Source of the DNA: an uncultured Candidatus Saccharibacteria bacterium
GTDB taxonomy: Bacteria; Patescibacteriota; Saccharimonadia; Saccharimonadales; AWTP1-31
Length of the DNA stretch: 64,000 nt
Assembly (NCBI GenBank): GCA_964643545.1
Contig: CAZXTE010000002.1
Coordinates: 18,587 to 82,586 of the forward strand
Reading direction: 5' to 3'
The position numbers were made by a program, and so were the translations under genes. This document shows positions 28,434-37,757 of this stretch, in pieces; the first letter of the stretch is position 1; the number at the start of each line of letters is the position of its first letter. The notes beneath the pieces are model-generated. The model had not been told where the DNA came from. It made no database searches and was given only the letters and a program-made list of their open reading frames with translations.

Positions 28434-28964
28434 ATGGCGGCTGTAACTGAATCAATTATTTTGGGTGGCGGATGCTTTTGGTGTCTCGAAGCCAGCTTTG
28501 AACTAATAAAGGGGGTCGTTAAAGTCACGCCAGGATATGCTGGTGGTAGCACGCCGGCGCCAACATACGAGAGTGTTGCAAGCAAAAGAACAGGGCATGC
28601 AGAAGTGGTCAAGGTTGAGTTCGATCCAAGGAGTATCTCGCTGACAGACATTTTGGACATTTTTTGGGCAATTCACGACCCAACGACACCGAACCGGCAG
28701 GGCAATGACGTTGGGTCGGAGTATCGGTCAATTATTATCTACAGTCCACCACAAAAGGATAGGGTACGTATATCGATTCAGCGTGCACAAAAACTATGGT
28801 CCAAGCCTATTGTCACGGAGTTGCAAACAGGCAGCATGTTTTATGAGGCTGAACCAGAACATCATAATTTTTTTCAGAAGAACCCCGAAATAGCGTATTG
28901 TCAGGTTATTATTAATCCAAAACTACAAAAACTACGCCAGAAGTTTTCTGCACACTTAAGATAA
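28434..28964 (+). CDS. msrA: Peptide methionine (S)-sulfoxide reductase
   Basis: GGGCFWCLEA catalytic motif with GYAGG and HAEVV segments. Confidence 0.9.
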   Translation: MAAVTESIILGGGCFWCLEASFELIKGVVKVTPGYAGGSTPAPTYESVASKRTGHAEVVKVEFDPRSISLTDILDIFWAIHDPTTPNRQGNDVGSEYRSIIIYSPPQKDRVRISIQRAQKLWSKPIVTELQTGSMFYEAEPEHHNFFQKNPEIAYCQVIINPKLQKLRQKFSAHLR

Positions 28965-28990
28965 GACTCCAAGAGCGAGGCTACTCAAAA

Positions 28991-29671
28991 CTAGCGGATC
29001 TGTTTCGCCTCAACAACAAAGCGCTTTGAAGTGCTACCCAAGGGATAACAGGTATACATGGTTAATTTATAGGGCACATTTGGATCATTGTTTCTGATAT
29101 CAACTTGAGTGGGTAAGACTGTTCTGGTGTTGAATATCTCATACTCGTACACGACATCATCCCACCGAATGTATATTCGCTTGCCGATTTTTAGTTCAGG
29201 CAGATTATAAAAGTATCCGCCATTACTTGCCGTATAGAGGAATCGGTGACCCGCAAGTACAACGTTGCCGGGTTTGGTTGGATCGACTTGTCGATTTTCC
29301 CGCCAAACGCCCTGGTTCTTACCAATAACGTAAACATTGTTACCTTCGATGATCTGGGCATTCACACCAATGTCAGGCAAGATCAACCGATTGCCGGGTG
29401 TTGGTTTTTGTTCTTGCGGTGCTGCGGGCTTATCGCCTCCCGTCTGACGCGATTGCTGCGCAGCTTGGGCGTATGGCGTTGCATCGATTTTTGGTTGTCG
29501 AAAAAGAAAACTGAGATGGGGCAGATAGGGGAATACGAGTACTAGAAAACTGCAAACGCTAGTTATACTTAGTATGACGAGTAGCGCTTTGGCACGCTTA
29601 CTTCGGGGTCTGGGTAGCCAGTGGCGATTCCAGATGGCTTTTCGCTGTTTGATGGTGATTTTTGTGGGCAT
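28991..29671 (-). CDS. Sortase family transpeptidase
   Basis: N-terminal TM anchor, VLAGHR (catalytic His) and LTMYTCYPLGS (TLxTC Cys motif). Confidence 0.8.
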   Translation of the reverse strand: MPTKITIKQRKAIWNRHWLPRPRSKRAKALLVILSITSVCSFLVLVFPYLPHLSFLFRQPKIDATPYAQAAQQSRQTGGDKPAAPQEQKPTPGNRLILPDIGVNAQIIEGNNVYVIGKNQGVWRENRQVDPTKPGNVVLAGHRFLYTASNGGYFYNLPELKIGKRIYIRWDDVVYEYEIFNTRTVLPTQVDIRNNDPNVPYKLTMYTCYPLGSTSKRFVVEAKQIR

Positions 29672-29732
29672 TAGCAGTTTGTATTATAGCATTCGACTGT
29701 TATTGGCCCCCAACCCATGGTATATTTCTTGC
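29672..29732. promoter_or_regulatory. 61-bp divergent promoter region (sortase / heliorhodopsin)
   Basis: Plus strand: TGgTATATT (-10 at 29721-29726), 6 nt before ATG 29733. Minus strand: TGCTATAAT, 11 nt before the sortase ATG. Confidence 0.55.
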
Positions 29733-30554
29733 ATGGATAAAAAACGGACAAAAAAAACAAAGAGCAAGACGGCAAACAAGATTAAAACGGGTAGCCTCAT
29801 AAAATGGAACATCGTTATGGCGGCTTTGCATGCCTTGCAAGGGATAGTGGTCTTGGTGTTAAGCAAAGGTGGTGGCTGGCCTATCTCTACGAACTACTTA
29901 ACACTTGATAAAGTCGCAGAGCAAGCAGCCGATAGGCCCGTTTTGGTGCAGGCGTCACAGCACCTGTTTGATGTGAATTTGGCATATCTCGTGGCAGCAT
30001 TCTTCTTTATGTCTGCTCTTGCGCACGGTGTTATTGCCACGGTCTACAGAAAGCGCTACATTGCGGATCTAGGGAAGGGCATTAATCGTGCTCGTTGGGT
30101 TGAGTATAGTTTTAGTGCCAGCACCATGATGGTCGCCATAGGGTTGCTTAGTGGCATTTATGATCTATCAACACTTATGATGATTTTTGCGCTGGTTCAT
30201 ATTATGAATCTAATGGGTCTGGTCATGGAGATACATAACCAGGGGGCCAAGAAAGTTAATTGGTTATCTTATAGTGTTGGTACCTTTGCGGGTATTGTTC
30301 CCTGGATTGTCTTTGGACTGTATGTATGGGGAGCGACCGTCTATGGCGCAGAAGGTGTCCCGGGCTTTGTTTACTGGATTTACCTAAGCATCTTCTTATT
30401 CTTTAACTGTTTCGCGGTTAACATGTACCTCCAATACAAGAAGAGGGGAAAGTGGGCGGATTATCTGTACGGTGAGCGCGTCTACATGATCTTGAGTCTT
30501 GTTGCTAAGTCGGCACTTGCGTGGCAAGTCTTTGCTGGCACACTTCGTCCATAA
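29733..30554 (+). CDS. Heliorhodopsin
   Basis: Seven TM helices. RWVEYSFSAS, GIVPWIVFGLY, VPGFVYWIYLSIFLFFNCFAVNMYLQYKKRGKW and YMILSLVAKSALAWQVFAGTL closely match my recollection of heliorhodopsin 48C12. These cover the counterion Glu in WVEYS and the Schiff-base Lys (codon 30507-30509). Confidence 0.85.
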   Translation: MDKKRTKKTKSKTANKIKTGSLIKWNIVMAALHALQGIVVLVLSKGGGWPISTNYLTLDKVAEQAADRPVLVQASQHLFDVNLAYLVAAFFFMSALAHGVIATVYRKRYIADLGKGINRARWVEYSFSASTMMVAIGLLSGIYDLSTLMMIFALVHIMNLMGLVMEIHNQGAKKVNWLSYSVGTFAGIVPWIVFGLYVWGATVYGAEGVPGFVYWIYLSIFLFFNCFAVNMYLQYKKRGKWADYLYGERVYMILSLVAKSALAWQVFAGTLRP

Positions 30555-30555
30555 C

Positions 30556-31242
30556 ATGAAAATACATAGATTCTATGTATCTAGCGTCCCCGATTTGTCG
30601 GAAATTGTCTTGCACGATCCGTTGCTTATACATCAGTGGAGTCATGTACTTCGTTTTCGGTCCGGGCAACGCCTAGCTTTGTTTGATGGCACGACCACGG
30701 ATGGACTATATGAGTTGATCGATCTACATAAAGACGCTGCAAAACTGAGGAAGATTGCTGCTAATACGCGCCAGGTACCTGCAAGAGAAGTCTATCTATT
30801 CTGGTCAGTCCTAAAAAAAGACAAAAATGACTGGGTCCTGCAGAAATGCACGGAACTCGGAGTGAGTTACTTCGTGCCGTTGGTGACTGACCGTTCAGAG
30901 AAAGCAAACATCAACATGACTCGCGCCCAGAAAATTATAACTGAAGCATCCGAACAATCTGGTAGGAGCGATATCCCGACCATTATAGAACCTATTTCGC
31001 TTAAAGATGCAGTCGACGACTATCATAATCGAGTCAAACTATTTATCTGTGAACAAGGGGAGGATGGAACCGGGGGCCCTCTCGGGCAGGAAGCAGTTGG
31101 CATTCTGGTGGGCCCAGAAGGTGGTTGGTCGGAAGTAGAAAAAGCCTATATGAAGAGCGCGGCATTACCGCAGATGAACCTGGGCGCATTTACATTACGT
31201 GCAGAGACCGCGTGCATTATTGGTGCTGCAAAGCTACAATAG
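30556..31242 (+). CDS. rsmE: 16S rRNA (uracil1498-N3)-methyltransferase RsmE
   Basis: MKIHRFYV N-terminus and a SPOUT C-terminal region (GPEGGWS..E, LGAFTLRAETA). ATG lies 2 nt after the heliorhodopsin stop. Confidence 0.8.
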   Translation: MKIHRFYVSSVPDLSEIVLHDPLLIHQWSHVLRFRSGQRLALFDGTTTDGLYELIDLHKDAAKLRKIAANTRQVPAREVYLFWSVLKKDKNDWVLQKCTELGVSYFVPLVTDRSEKANINMTRAQKIITEASEQSGRSDIPTIIEPISLKDAVDDYHNRVKLFICEQGEDGTGGPLGQEAVGILVGPEGGWSEVEKAYMKSAALPQMNLGAFTLRAETACIIGAAKLQ

Positions 31243-31248
31243 CTGAAC

Positions 31249-32055
31249 ATGGCAAACAATTACTGGAGGGAACGAAGTCAACCGTATATACCAGGTCAGG
31301 TAGCTCCGTTCAAGGTGAGTCGATCGAAGATAGAGCTATTTATGCAGTGCCCACGGTGTTTTTGGTTGGACGTTCGGCTCAAAATAAAAAGGCCTAATGG
31401 CCCGCCGTTTCAGATTAATAAAGCTATCGACGAGCTACTTAAGAAAGAGTTTGATAGCTACCGAGAAAAGGGCCAGCCGCACCCGTTGATGACAGATAAT
31501 CAGATAAAGGCCATCCCGATGCAGCATAAGGATCTGGACACATGGCGACATAATTTTACAGGTGTTTCCACGCTGCATGTACCTACTAACTTGCATATAT
31601 TTGGGGCTGTTGACGATATTTGGATAGATGACGCAGGCCAACTGATCGTAGTTGACTATAAGGCAACAGCAAAATCAAAAGAAGTTAGCTTAGACGCCGA
31701 GTGGCAGATAAGCTACAAGCGTCAGATGGAGGTGTACCAGTGGCTTCTTAGGCAGAACGGTTTCCCGGTCAGCAATGTGGGGTACTTTGTTTACACTAAT
31801 GGGCGTCTAGATCTAGATGGTTTTTATGACAAAGTGGAGTTTACGACCAAAGTTATTGAGTATATGGGTGATGATGCCTGGGTGGACCCGACAATCAAAA
31901 AAATGAAGAAATGTATGGAAGCGGGTGGCATGCCCGCTGTAGGAACGGCTGCTATGGGTGGGCCCTGCGAGTTCTGCGAGTACGCAAAGGCGAGGACGAT
32001 GCTGACCGTAAAAGCAATGCAATCAAAAGCAAAAACTGGCAAAGCTACGGTATAA
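31249..32055 (+). CDS. PD-(D/E)XK nuclease, Cas4/RecB-like with a Cys cluster
   Basis: CPRC near the N-terminus, GAVDD ... VVDYK (D..ExK-type), QMEVYQWLL (QxxxY), and C-terminal C..CEFCEY. This arrangement is seen in Fe-S Cas4/AddB-type nucleases. Confidence 0.65.
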   Translation: MANNYWRERSQPYIPGQVAPFKVSRSKIELFMQCPRCFWLDVRLKIKRPNGPPFQINKAIDELLKKEFDSYREKGQPHPLMTDNQIKAIPMQHKDLDTWRHNFTGVSTLHVPTNLHIFGAVDDIWIDDAGQLIVVDYKATAKSKEVSLDAEWQISYKRQMEVYQWLLRQNGFPVSNVGYFVYTNGRLDLDGFYDKVEFTTKVIEYMGDDAWVDPTIKKMKKCMEAGGMPAVGTAAMGGPCEFCEYAKARTMLTVKAMQSKAKTGKATV

Positions 32056-32062
32056 TAGAAGT

Positions 32063-33361
32063 ATGTTAGATATTCAGTACATTCGTGATAATCCGGACGA
32101 TGTAAAACAAAAATCTCAGCAAAAAGGCTACAGGGTCGACATTGCGAAGTTGTTGCAGCTAGACGAAGAACGGCGTAACCTATTGGTCGACATCGAAGCC
32201 TTGCGTGCCGCCCGCAACGAGCACGCTGCTTCGCTCAAGTCAGGGAAGCCAACTGAAGCTCAAATAGAACACGGCAAAGAACTTAAAGAACGGCTTCTTG
32301 TTCTTGAACAAAAACTTGATCCAATTGAACACGATTTTCTGCAGCTATTGAAGGCAGTACCAAACATGCCAACAGACGACGTTCCTGTGGGGGCAAGCGA
32401 AGACGACAACAAGGTTGTTAAAACGGTAGGCAAGCTGCCGCAAACTGACTTTAAGCCGTTAAGTGATGCTGAGCTTGGACTCAAGAACGACACGATCGAC
32501 AAAGAACGCGCTGCAAAGGTTGCGGGCGCGCGCTTCGCGTATCTTAAGGGTGATGTAGTTCGACTACAGTTTGCAATTATTCAGTTCGTGCTTACGACTC
32601 TGGGTGATCAAACGTTCATAGAGAACCTCATAAAGGAACATAAACTAAATCTAGATCCTACACCCTTCACGCCGATTTTGCCCCCTGCGCTGATTAAGAC
32701 AAAACCTTACGAAGCATCTGCTCGACTGGACGCCGAAGAGGTCACCTATAAACTTGCCGAGGATGAACTGTGGCTGAATGCAAGCGCCGAACACAGTCTT
32801 TGTACGATGTACATGGATGAGGTTTTTGAGGAAGCGCAGCTGCCTATTCGCTACATTGGATATGCAACTAGTTTTCGCCGCGAAGCAGGCAGCTATGGGA
32901 AAGACACCGAAGGCATTTTTCGTATGCACCAGTTCGATAAGCTCGAAATGGAAGTGTTTAGCACACCAGAAACAGGCCACGACGAACACAAATTGCTGGT
33001 CGCCATTCAGGAGTACTTGGTGCAGCAGCTCGAGTTGCCCTATCAGCTTATACAAAAGTGTACGGCAGATATTGGGAAGCCAAATGCCCAAGGCATCGAT
33101 ATCAATATTTGGATGCCCGCGCAGGCTGCTTACCGCGAAACGCACTCAGCCGACTATATTACGGATTACCAGGCACGACGATTGCGTACACGGGTTAAGC
33201 GAAAGAGTGGTGCGATGGATTTTGTGCACACGAACGATGCGACAGCATTTGCGCTTGGCAGAACCCTAAAGGCTATATTAGAAAATTATCAAACTAAGGA
33301 AGGTGCTGTTGTTGTGCCAAAAGCACTGCGGCCATTTATGGGAGGAAAGGAGCAAGTATGA
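32063..33361 (+). CDS. serS: Seryl-tRNA synthetase
   Basis: N-terminal coiled-coil arm and class II core (FRREAGSYGKDTEGIFRMHQFDKLE). Confidence 0.95.
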   Translation: MLDIQYIRDNPDDVKQKSQQKGYRVDIAKLLQLDEERRNLLVDIEALRAARNEHAASLKSGKPTEAQIEHGKELKERLLVLEQKLDPIEHDFLQLLKAVPNMPTDDVPVGASEDDNKVVKTVGKLPQTDFKPLSDAELGLKNDTIDKERAAKVAGARFAYLKGDVVRLQFAIIQFVLTTLGDQTFIENLIKEHKLNLDPTPFTPILPPALIKTKPYEASARLDAEEVTYKLAEDELWLNASAEHSLCTMYMDEVFEEAQLPIRYIGYATSFRREAGSYGKDTEGIFRMHQFDKLEMEVFSTPETGHDEHKLLVAIQEYLVQQLELPYQLIQKCTADIGKPNAQGIDINIWMPAQAAYRETHSADYITDYQARRLRTRVKRKSGAMDFVHTNDATAFALGRTLKAILENYQTKEGAVVVPKALRPFMGGKEQV

Positions 33362-33726
33362 TTCAAAAAATAGAGGTCAGTGGAGTTCATATGACGGTCG
33401 GCGATGACCTAGAGAAATACGTTCTGAAAAAGATTGGGCGCCTAGATTTATTCATGTCGGCCCATGTAAAAAAATCAGCCCATGCTGAGGTGAAGTTAAA
33501 AGAAGAGAGGGCGAAGAACAAGAGTGCGCGTACATGCGAGGTTATTTTGCATCTACCGAACGCGAAGCTTACGACTAAAGAGACGACAAGCAATATCTTT
33601 GCTGCGGTAGACGTAGTTGAGGCGAAGTTAAAAAATCAGCTAAAGAAATATAAAGAGCAGCACAGCAAAGAGCGTTTTCATCGGCGGCTCTTGGTTCGTG
33701 TAAAGCATCGTTTGCCAAGTAAATAG
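33358..33726 (+). CDS. hpf: Ribosome hibernation factor (HPF/RaiA, S30EA family), short form
   Basis: IEVSGVHMTVGDDLEKYVLKKIGRL ... AAVDVVEAKLKNQLKKYK. ATGA overlap with serS. Confidence 0.8.
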   Translation: MIQKIEVSGVHMTVGDDLEKYVLKKIGRLDLFMSAHVKKSAHAEVKLKEERAKNKSARTCEVILHLPNAKLTTKETTSNIFAAVDVVEAKLKNQLKKYKEQHSKERFHRRLLVRVKHRLPSK

Positions 33727-33813
33727 TGTTGGCAAAATTACGTTCGCCAAGTAACAGTGGTGTGCGGTACAATAACCGGGTAGCAATACCCAGGGAAGGT
33801 AAAGAGTAATTTT

Positions 33814-36423
33814 GTGAAGAAGGTTTTTAAGAAGGTTCTCGGTGATCCACAAGCGAAGACAATAAAACGTCTTCGTAAACGGCTGCCGGCAATTAATGGT
33901 CTTGAAGCTCATTATAAAAAAATGAGTGATGAAAAGCTGCAGGCGCAAACCAAGCTTCTAAAAAAACGCTTACAGAAAGAGAGTCTTGATAAGATTTTGC
34001 CCGACGCCTTTGCGGTAGTTAGGGAAAGCGCTCGACGTGCCATTGGCCAGCGGCACTTTGATGTCCAGCTTATCGGGGGTATGGCTCTGCACGAAGGTAA
34101 TGTCGCAGAAATGAAAACAGGAGAGGGCAAGACGCTGGTAGCAACGTTGCCCGTATATTTAAACGCCCTTACGGAAAAGGGTGTTCACGTTGTAACTGTA
34201 AATGAATACTTGGCCCAGCGCGATGCTGGTTGGATGGGTCAGGTGTATGGATTTTTGGGCCTAACAACCGGAGCGATTGTTGCCGATGAGTCCTATATTT
34301 ATGATCCAACCTTCACAAATAAAGATCATAACGACGAGCGTTTTCGACACCTACGACCATGTACTCGGCAAGAGGCCTACCGTGCGGATATAACCTATGG
34401 AACTAACAACGAGTTTGGGTTTGACTATTTGCGCGACAATATGGTTCGCGAAGTAGAGCAGCTTCGACAGCGGGAACTACATTTTGCTATCGTGGACGAA
34501 GTCGACTCTATCCTAATAGATGAGGCGCGAACGCCACTTATTATCTCTGCGCCGGCCGTGACGAGTGGTAGTGCCTATGGGCAATTTGCAAAAGTCGCCC
34601 GTCAGCTTAAAGAAGAGAAAGATTATGAAAAAGACGAGAAGCGAAAAAGTGTCGTCCTGACTGATGATGGCGTTGAGCATGTGGAGAAGATCCTCGGAAT
34701 TACGGGTCTGTACGGTACCGAAAATATTCGAACCATTTATCATATGGAACAAGCACTTCGCGCGGAGGCGCTGTTTAAGCGCGACAAAGACTACGTGGTT
34801 ACCAGCGATGGTGAAGTGGTTATCGTGGATGAATTTACCGGTCGGTTATTGAAGGGGCGACGATATAATGAAGGTCTCCACCAGGCCATAGAGGCAAAAG
34901 AAGGCGTCGAAGTGCAAGAAGAGTCGATGACGCTTGCCACAATTAGCTTCCAAAACTACTTCCGCTTGTACGAAAAGTTGTCGGGTATGACAGGAACGGC
35001 ACTCACCGAGAGTGAGGAGTTCCATCAGATTTATAAGCTCGATGTATTAGAAATTCCGTCTAATCGAAAATTAGCGCGTATTGATCGCCCGGATCGTATC
35101 TACAAGACAGAAGCGGGTAAATTTAAGGCGATCGCAAAAGAAGTAAAACTGCTTTACCAAAAAGGCCAACCGGTGCTTATCGGTACTGTTTCTATAGAAA
35201 AGAACGAGCTGCTTGGCAGACTATTAAACAAAGCTGGCGTTCCCCACGAGGTGCTCAATGCTAAAAATAACGAAAAAGAAGCTGCAATTATCGCACGTGC
35301 TGGGCAACGAGGTGGCGTTACGCTGGCCACCAACATTGCGGGGCGTGGAACAGACATTGTTTTGGACGAAGAGGTAAAAGAACTTGGCGGGCTTTTTGTG
35401 CTGGGAAGTGAGCGACACGAATCACGGCGCATTGACGACCAGCTGCGTGGTCGTGCTGGTCGACAAGGTGATCCCGGCGTCACCCAATTCTTTGTGAGCA
35501 CGGAGGATGATCTGATGCGTATATTTGGCGGCGAACGCATCGGTTCGCTCATGGAGCGATTGCGCGTTGACGATGACACCCCAATCGAAAATCGGATTAT
35601 TTCAAAAAGCCTCGAGGGTGCACAGAAGAAAGTAGAAGGTTTTAATTTTGATCAGCGTAAGAACGTTGTTCAATACGATGATGTTATGAATCGCCATCGA
35701 CGAGCTACGTACAGTATGCGGCGGGAAATTCTTGTGCAACCCAATATTCAAAAGCGAATACGTGCGATTATAGAAGAAGAAATTGCCGAAATTGTCCGCT
35801 CACCACTTGCGTCGACCGATAAGTACGAATCAGTCATAACGGAGGTGTTCCCATTTGATGAGGCTGCGCTCGATAGGCTCTTTGATTCGCCAGCAAATAA
35901 ATTTCCACAGGTCCTTACTTCAGAAGTTTTTGAGCTCTATGATGGACGTGAAGCGACGTTTGGTACAGATGTTATGCGCAAAATCGAGAGGGATATTTAC
36001 CTGCAGGTGCTCGATAATTTGTGGATGCAGCATCTGGAGAACATGGATCATATGCGAGAAGGTATCCACTGGATAAGCGTGGGCCAGCGTGACCCGCTCG
36101 TTGAGTATCGTCGACAAGGACAACATCTGTTTGAAGAAATGCAGCAAAGCTTGCGGCATGATGTTGTTCGGGCGTTGTTTAGCGCCGAACCAGTTGATGA
36201 GTCAGAGCTTGAGCAGCCAATCGAAACTGAATTAACTCGTGCTGCACGACGTTCTGTAGATAATGCAGATAAGATCATCGAAGCTGAAGAGTTCTCAGAG
36301 GATGACTTTAGGGTAGGTGACGGTGCACAGGCCGGTACAAAAAAGAAGGTTACGACAACAACACGCAAAAAAGCACGCAAGGCAGAACGTAAACGGCGTG
36401 CTAAAGGCAAACGGAAGAAGTAA
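33814..36423 (+). CDS. secA: Preprotein translocase ATPase SecA
   Basis: MKTGEGKTLVATLP (Walker A), DEVDSILIDEARTPLIIS, TNIAGRGTDI. GTG start after GGAAGG. Basic C-terminal tail. Confidence 0.95.
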   Translation: MKKVFKKVLGDPQAKTIKRLRKRLPAINGLEAHYKKMSDEKLQAQTKLLKKRLQKESLDKILPDAFAVVRESARRAIGQRHFDVQLIGGMALHEGNVAEMKTGEGKTLVATLPVYLNALTEKGVHVVTVNEYLAQRDAGWMGQVYGFLGLTTGAIVADESYIYDPTFTNKDHNDERFRHLRPCTRQEAYRADITYGTNNEFGFDYLRDNMVREVEQLRQRELHFAIVDEVDSILIDEARTPLIISAPAVTSGSAYGQFAKVARQLKEEKDYEKDEKRKSVVLTDDGVEHVEKILGITGLYGTENIRTIYHMEQALRAEALFKRDKDYVVTSDGEVVIVDEFTGRLLKGRRYNEGLHQAIEAKEGVEVQEESMTLATISFQNYFRLYEKLSGMTGTALTESEEFHQIYKLDVLEIPSNRKLARIDRPDRIYKTEAGKFKAIAKEVKLLYQKGQPVLIGTVSIEKNELLGRLLNKAGVPHEVLNAKNNEKEAAIIARAGQRGGVTLATNIAGRGTDIVLDEEVKELGGLFVLGSERHESRRIDDQLRGRAGRQGDPGVTQFFVSTEDDLMRIFGGERIGSLMERLRVDDDTPIENRIISKSLEGAQKKVEGFNFDQRKNVVQYDDVMNRHRRATYSMRREILVQPNIQKRIRAIIEEEIAEIVRSPLASTDKYESVITEVFPFDEAALDRLFDSPANKFPQVLTSEVFELYDGREATFGTDVMRKIERDIYLQVLDNLWMQHLENMDHMREGIHWISVGQRDPLVEYRRQGQHLFEEMQQSLRHDVVRALFSAEPVDESELEQPIETELTRAARRSVDNADKIIEAEEFSEDDFRVGDGAQAGTKKKVTTTTRKKARKAERKRRAKGKRKK

Positions 36424-36435
36424 GTCGTCTAAAGT

Positions 36436-37731
36436 ATGAAACACGTTGTTACAGAACTAACCCTAGACAATGGTGCAAAGGGGCTCCTTATTCATATTCC
36501 AGGAGCAACCGTCATGAGTTACGAGCTAAACTTTCGTGCGGGTGAGTATTTAGTAGAACGAAAAAAGTGGGAGACACCGCACCTTATGGAACACGTACTT
36601 CTAGGTGCAAATGAGTTATTCCCGCGCGCCAGAATGTTTCAGTCAGAGTTTGAAAAGAACGGCGCGTATTCAAATGCGTCGACAGGAACGTATGACATAA
36701 CCTATGAAGCAGAATGTGCTGATTTTGAATGGCAGAGAATCTTAGATTTGCTGCTAACAGCAATTGCAAAGCCACTTTTTCTTGAGGAAGAGTTTACTGC
36801 CGAGTTTGGCAACGTCCGCGAAGAGTTAACCGCACGGTCAAATAACCATTTTCGGCACCTAAGTCTGGCTTTGCGTGAGCAGTATGGTTTTGCGGTCATG
36901 ACTGACCAAGAGCGCCTAAAAATGATGGATAATGTCTCAGTTGCAGATATAACAGAGCATTACCAAGCAACCCATACGAGCAGCAATCTTCGTTTTGTTA
37001 TTGCCGGTAAGATTACTGCGGCCCGCCAGAAAGCGATTCAGAGCAGACTGAGTTCGATTGCACTCCCGGATGGAGGAACCAGGTTAGAACTGCCCAATGA
37101 ACCGGTAAAGCGAATTACAGCGCCACTATTCATAGCAAATCAAACCATCGACAACATCTATTTCTATATAGATACATTTGCTTCTCGAAGATTGAACGAC
37201 GGGGAAAATGACAGTCTTAACTTGATCAACAGCATGCTGACTGAAACGTTGTACTCCCGAATACTAGGGACCGCGCGCGAACGTGGTTTGGTCTATCACA
37301 TGAGTTCTGGCATCGGTCAAACGAAGACTAATACTAACTGGTGGTTTGGCGCGCAAATCTTGCCAGATAACGCAGAAGCACTATTTCAGATCATCATAAC
37401 CGAACTTGGTCGTGTCTTCTCTGGCGATGTAGCCCTCAAGGACATTCGGGCCGCAAAACAGTATGCACTTGGGCGTCACCAAAGAAGTCAACAAACCGTT
37501 GGTGGCACGGCAGCTGGTTATAGTTATCGATACTTCTTTGATGAAGCTATCGACGACTACTACAAGATCCCTAAACGTATTCGTAATATAACGCGGCAGG
37601 GTATTGTGGACGTATCCAAAGACCTATTTAGTGAAAATATTTGGGGTATGGGTGTTCTGGGTGGAAAGGGCAGCGAAGAGCTGGCCAATAAACTCCACAA
37701 AAAGGTCAGACCTCTCTGGCGAAACAAATAA
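36436..37731 (+). CDS. M16 (pitrilysin/insulinase) family peptidase
   Basis: Inverted zinc motif HLMEH (HxxEH), about 430 aa. Confidence 0.75.
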   Translation: MKHVVTELTLDNGAKGLLIHIPGATVMSYELNFRAGEYLVERKKWETPHLMEHVLLGANELFPRARMFQSEFEKNGAYSNASTGTYDITYEAECADFEWQRILDLLLTAIAKPLFLEEEFTAEFGNVREELTARSNNHFRHLSLALREQYGFAVMTDQERLKMMDNVSVADITEHYQATHTSSNLRFVIAGKITAARQKAIQSRLSSIALPDGGTRLELPNEPVKRITAPLFIANQTIDNIYFYIDTFASRRLNDGENDSLNLINSMLTETLYSRILGTARERGLVYHMSSGIGQTKTNTNWWFGAQILPDNAEALFQIIITELGRVFSGDVALKDIRAAKQYALGRHQRSQQTVGGTAAGYSYRYFFDEAIDDYYKIPKRIRNITRQGIVDVSKDLFSENIWGMGVLGGKGSEELANKLHKKVRPLWRNK

Positions 37732-37757
37732 GTGGCTAAGATTGCTATACTGTAGGT

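Noticed and set aside
29574-29732. Longer 326-aa version of the heliorhodopsin ORF starting at 29574.
   Set aside because: The extension overlaps the sortase gene on the opposite strand and adds no homologous sequence. ATG 29733 follows a TGgTATATT box at the leaderless distance and gives a normal 7-TM protein.
31249-32055. A possible CRISPR-Cas locus suggested by the Cas4-like nuclease.
   Set aside because: There are no repeat-spacer arrays and no other cas genes within the 64 kb. The flanking genes are rsmE and serS.
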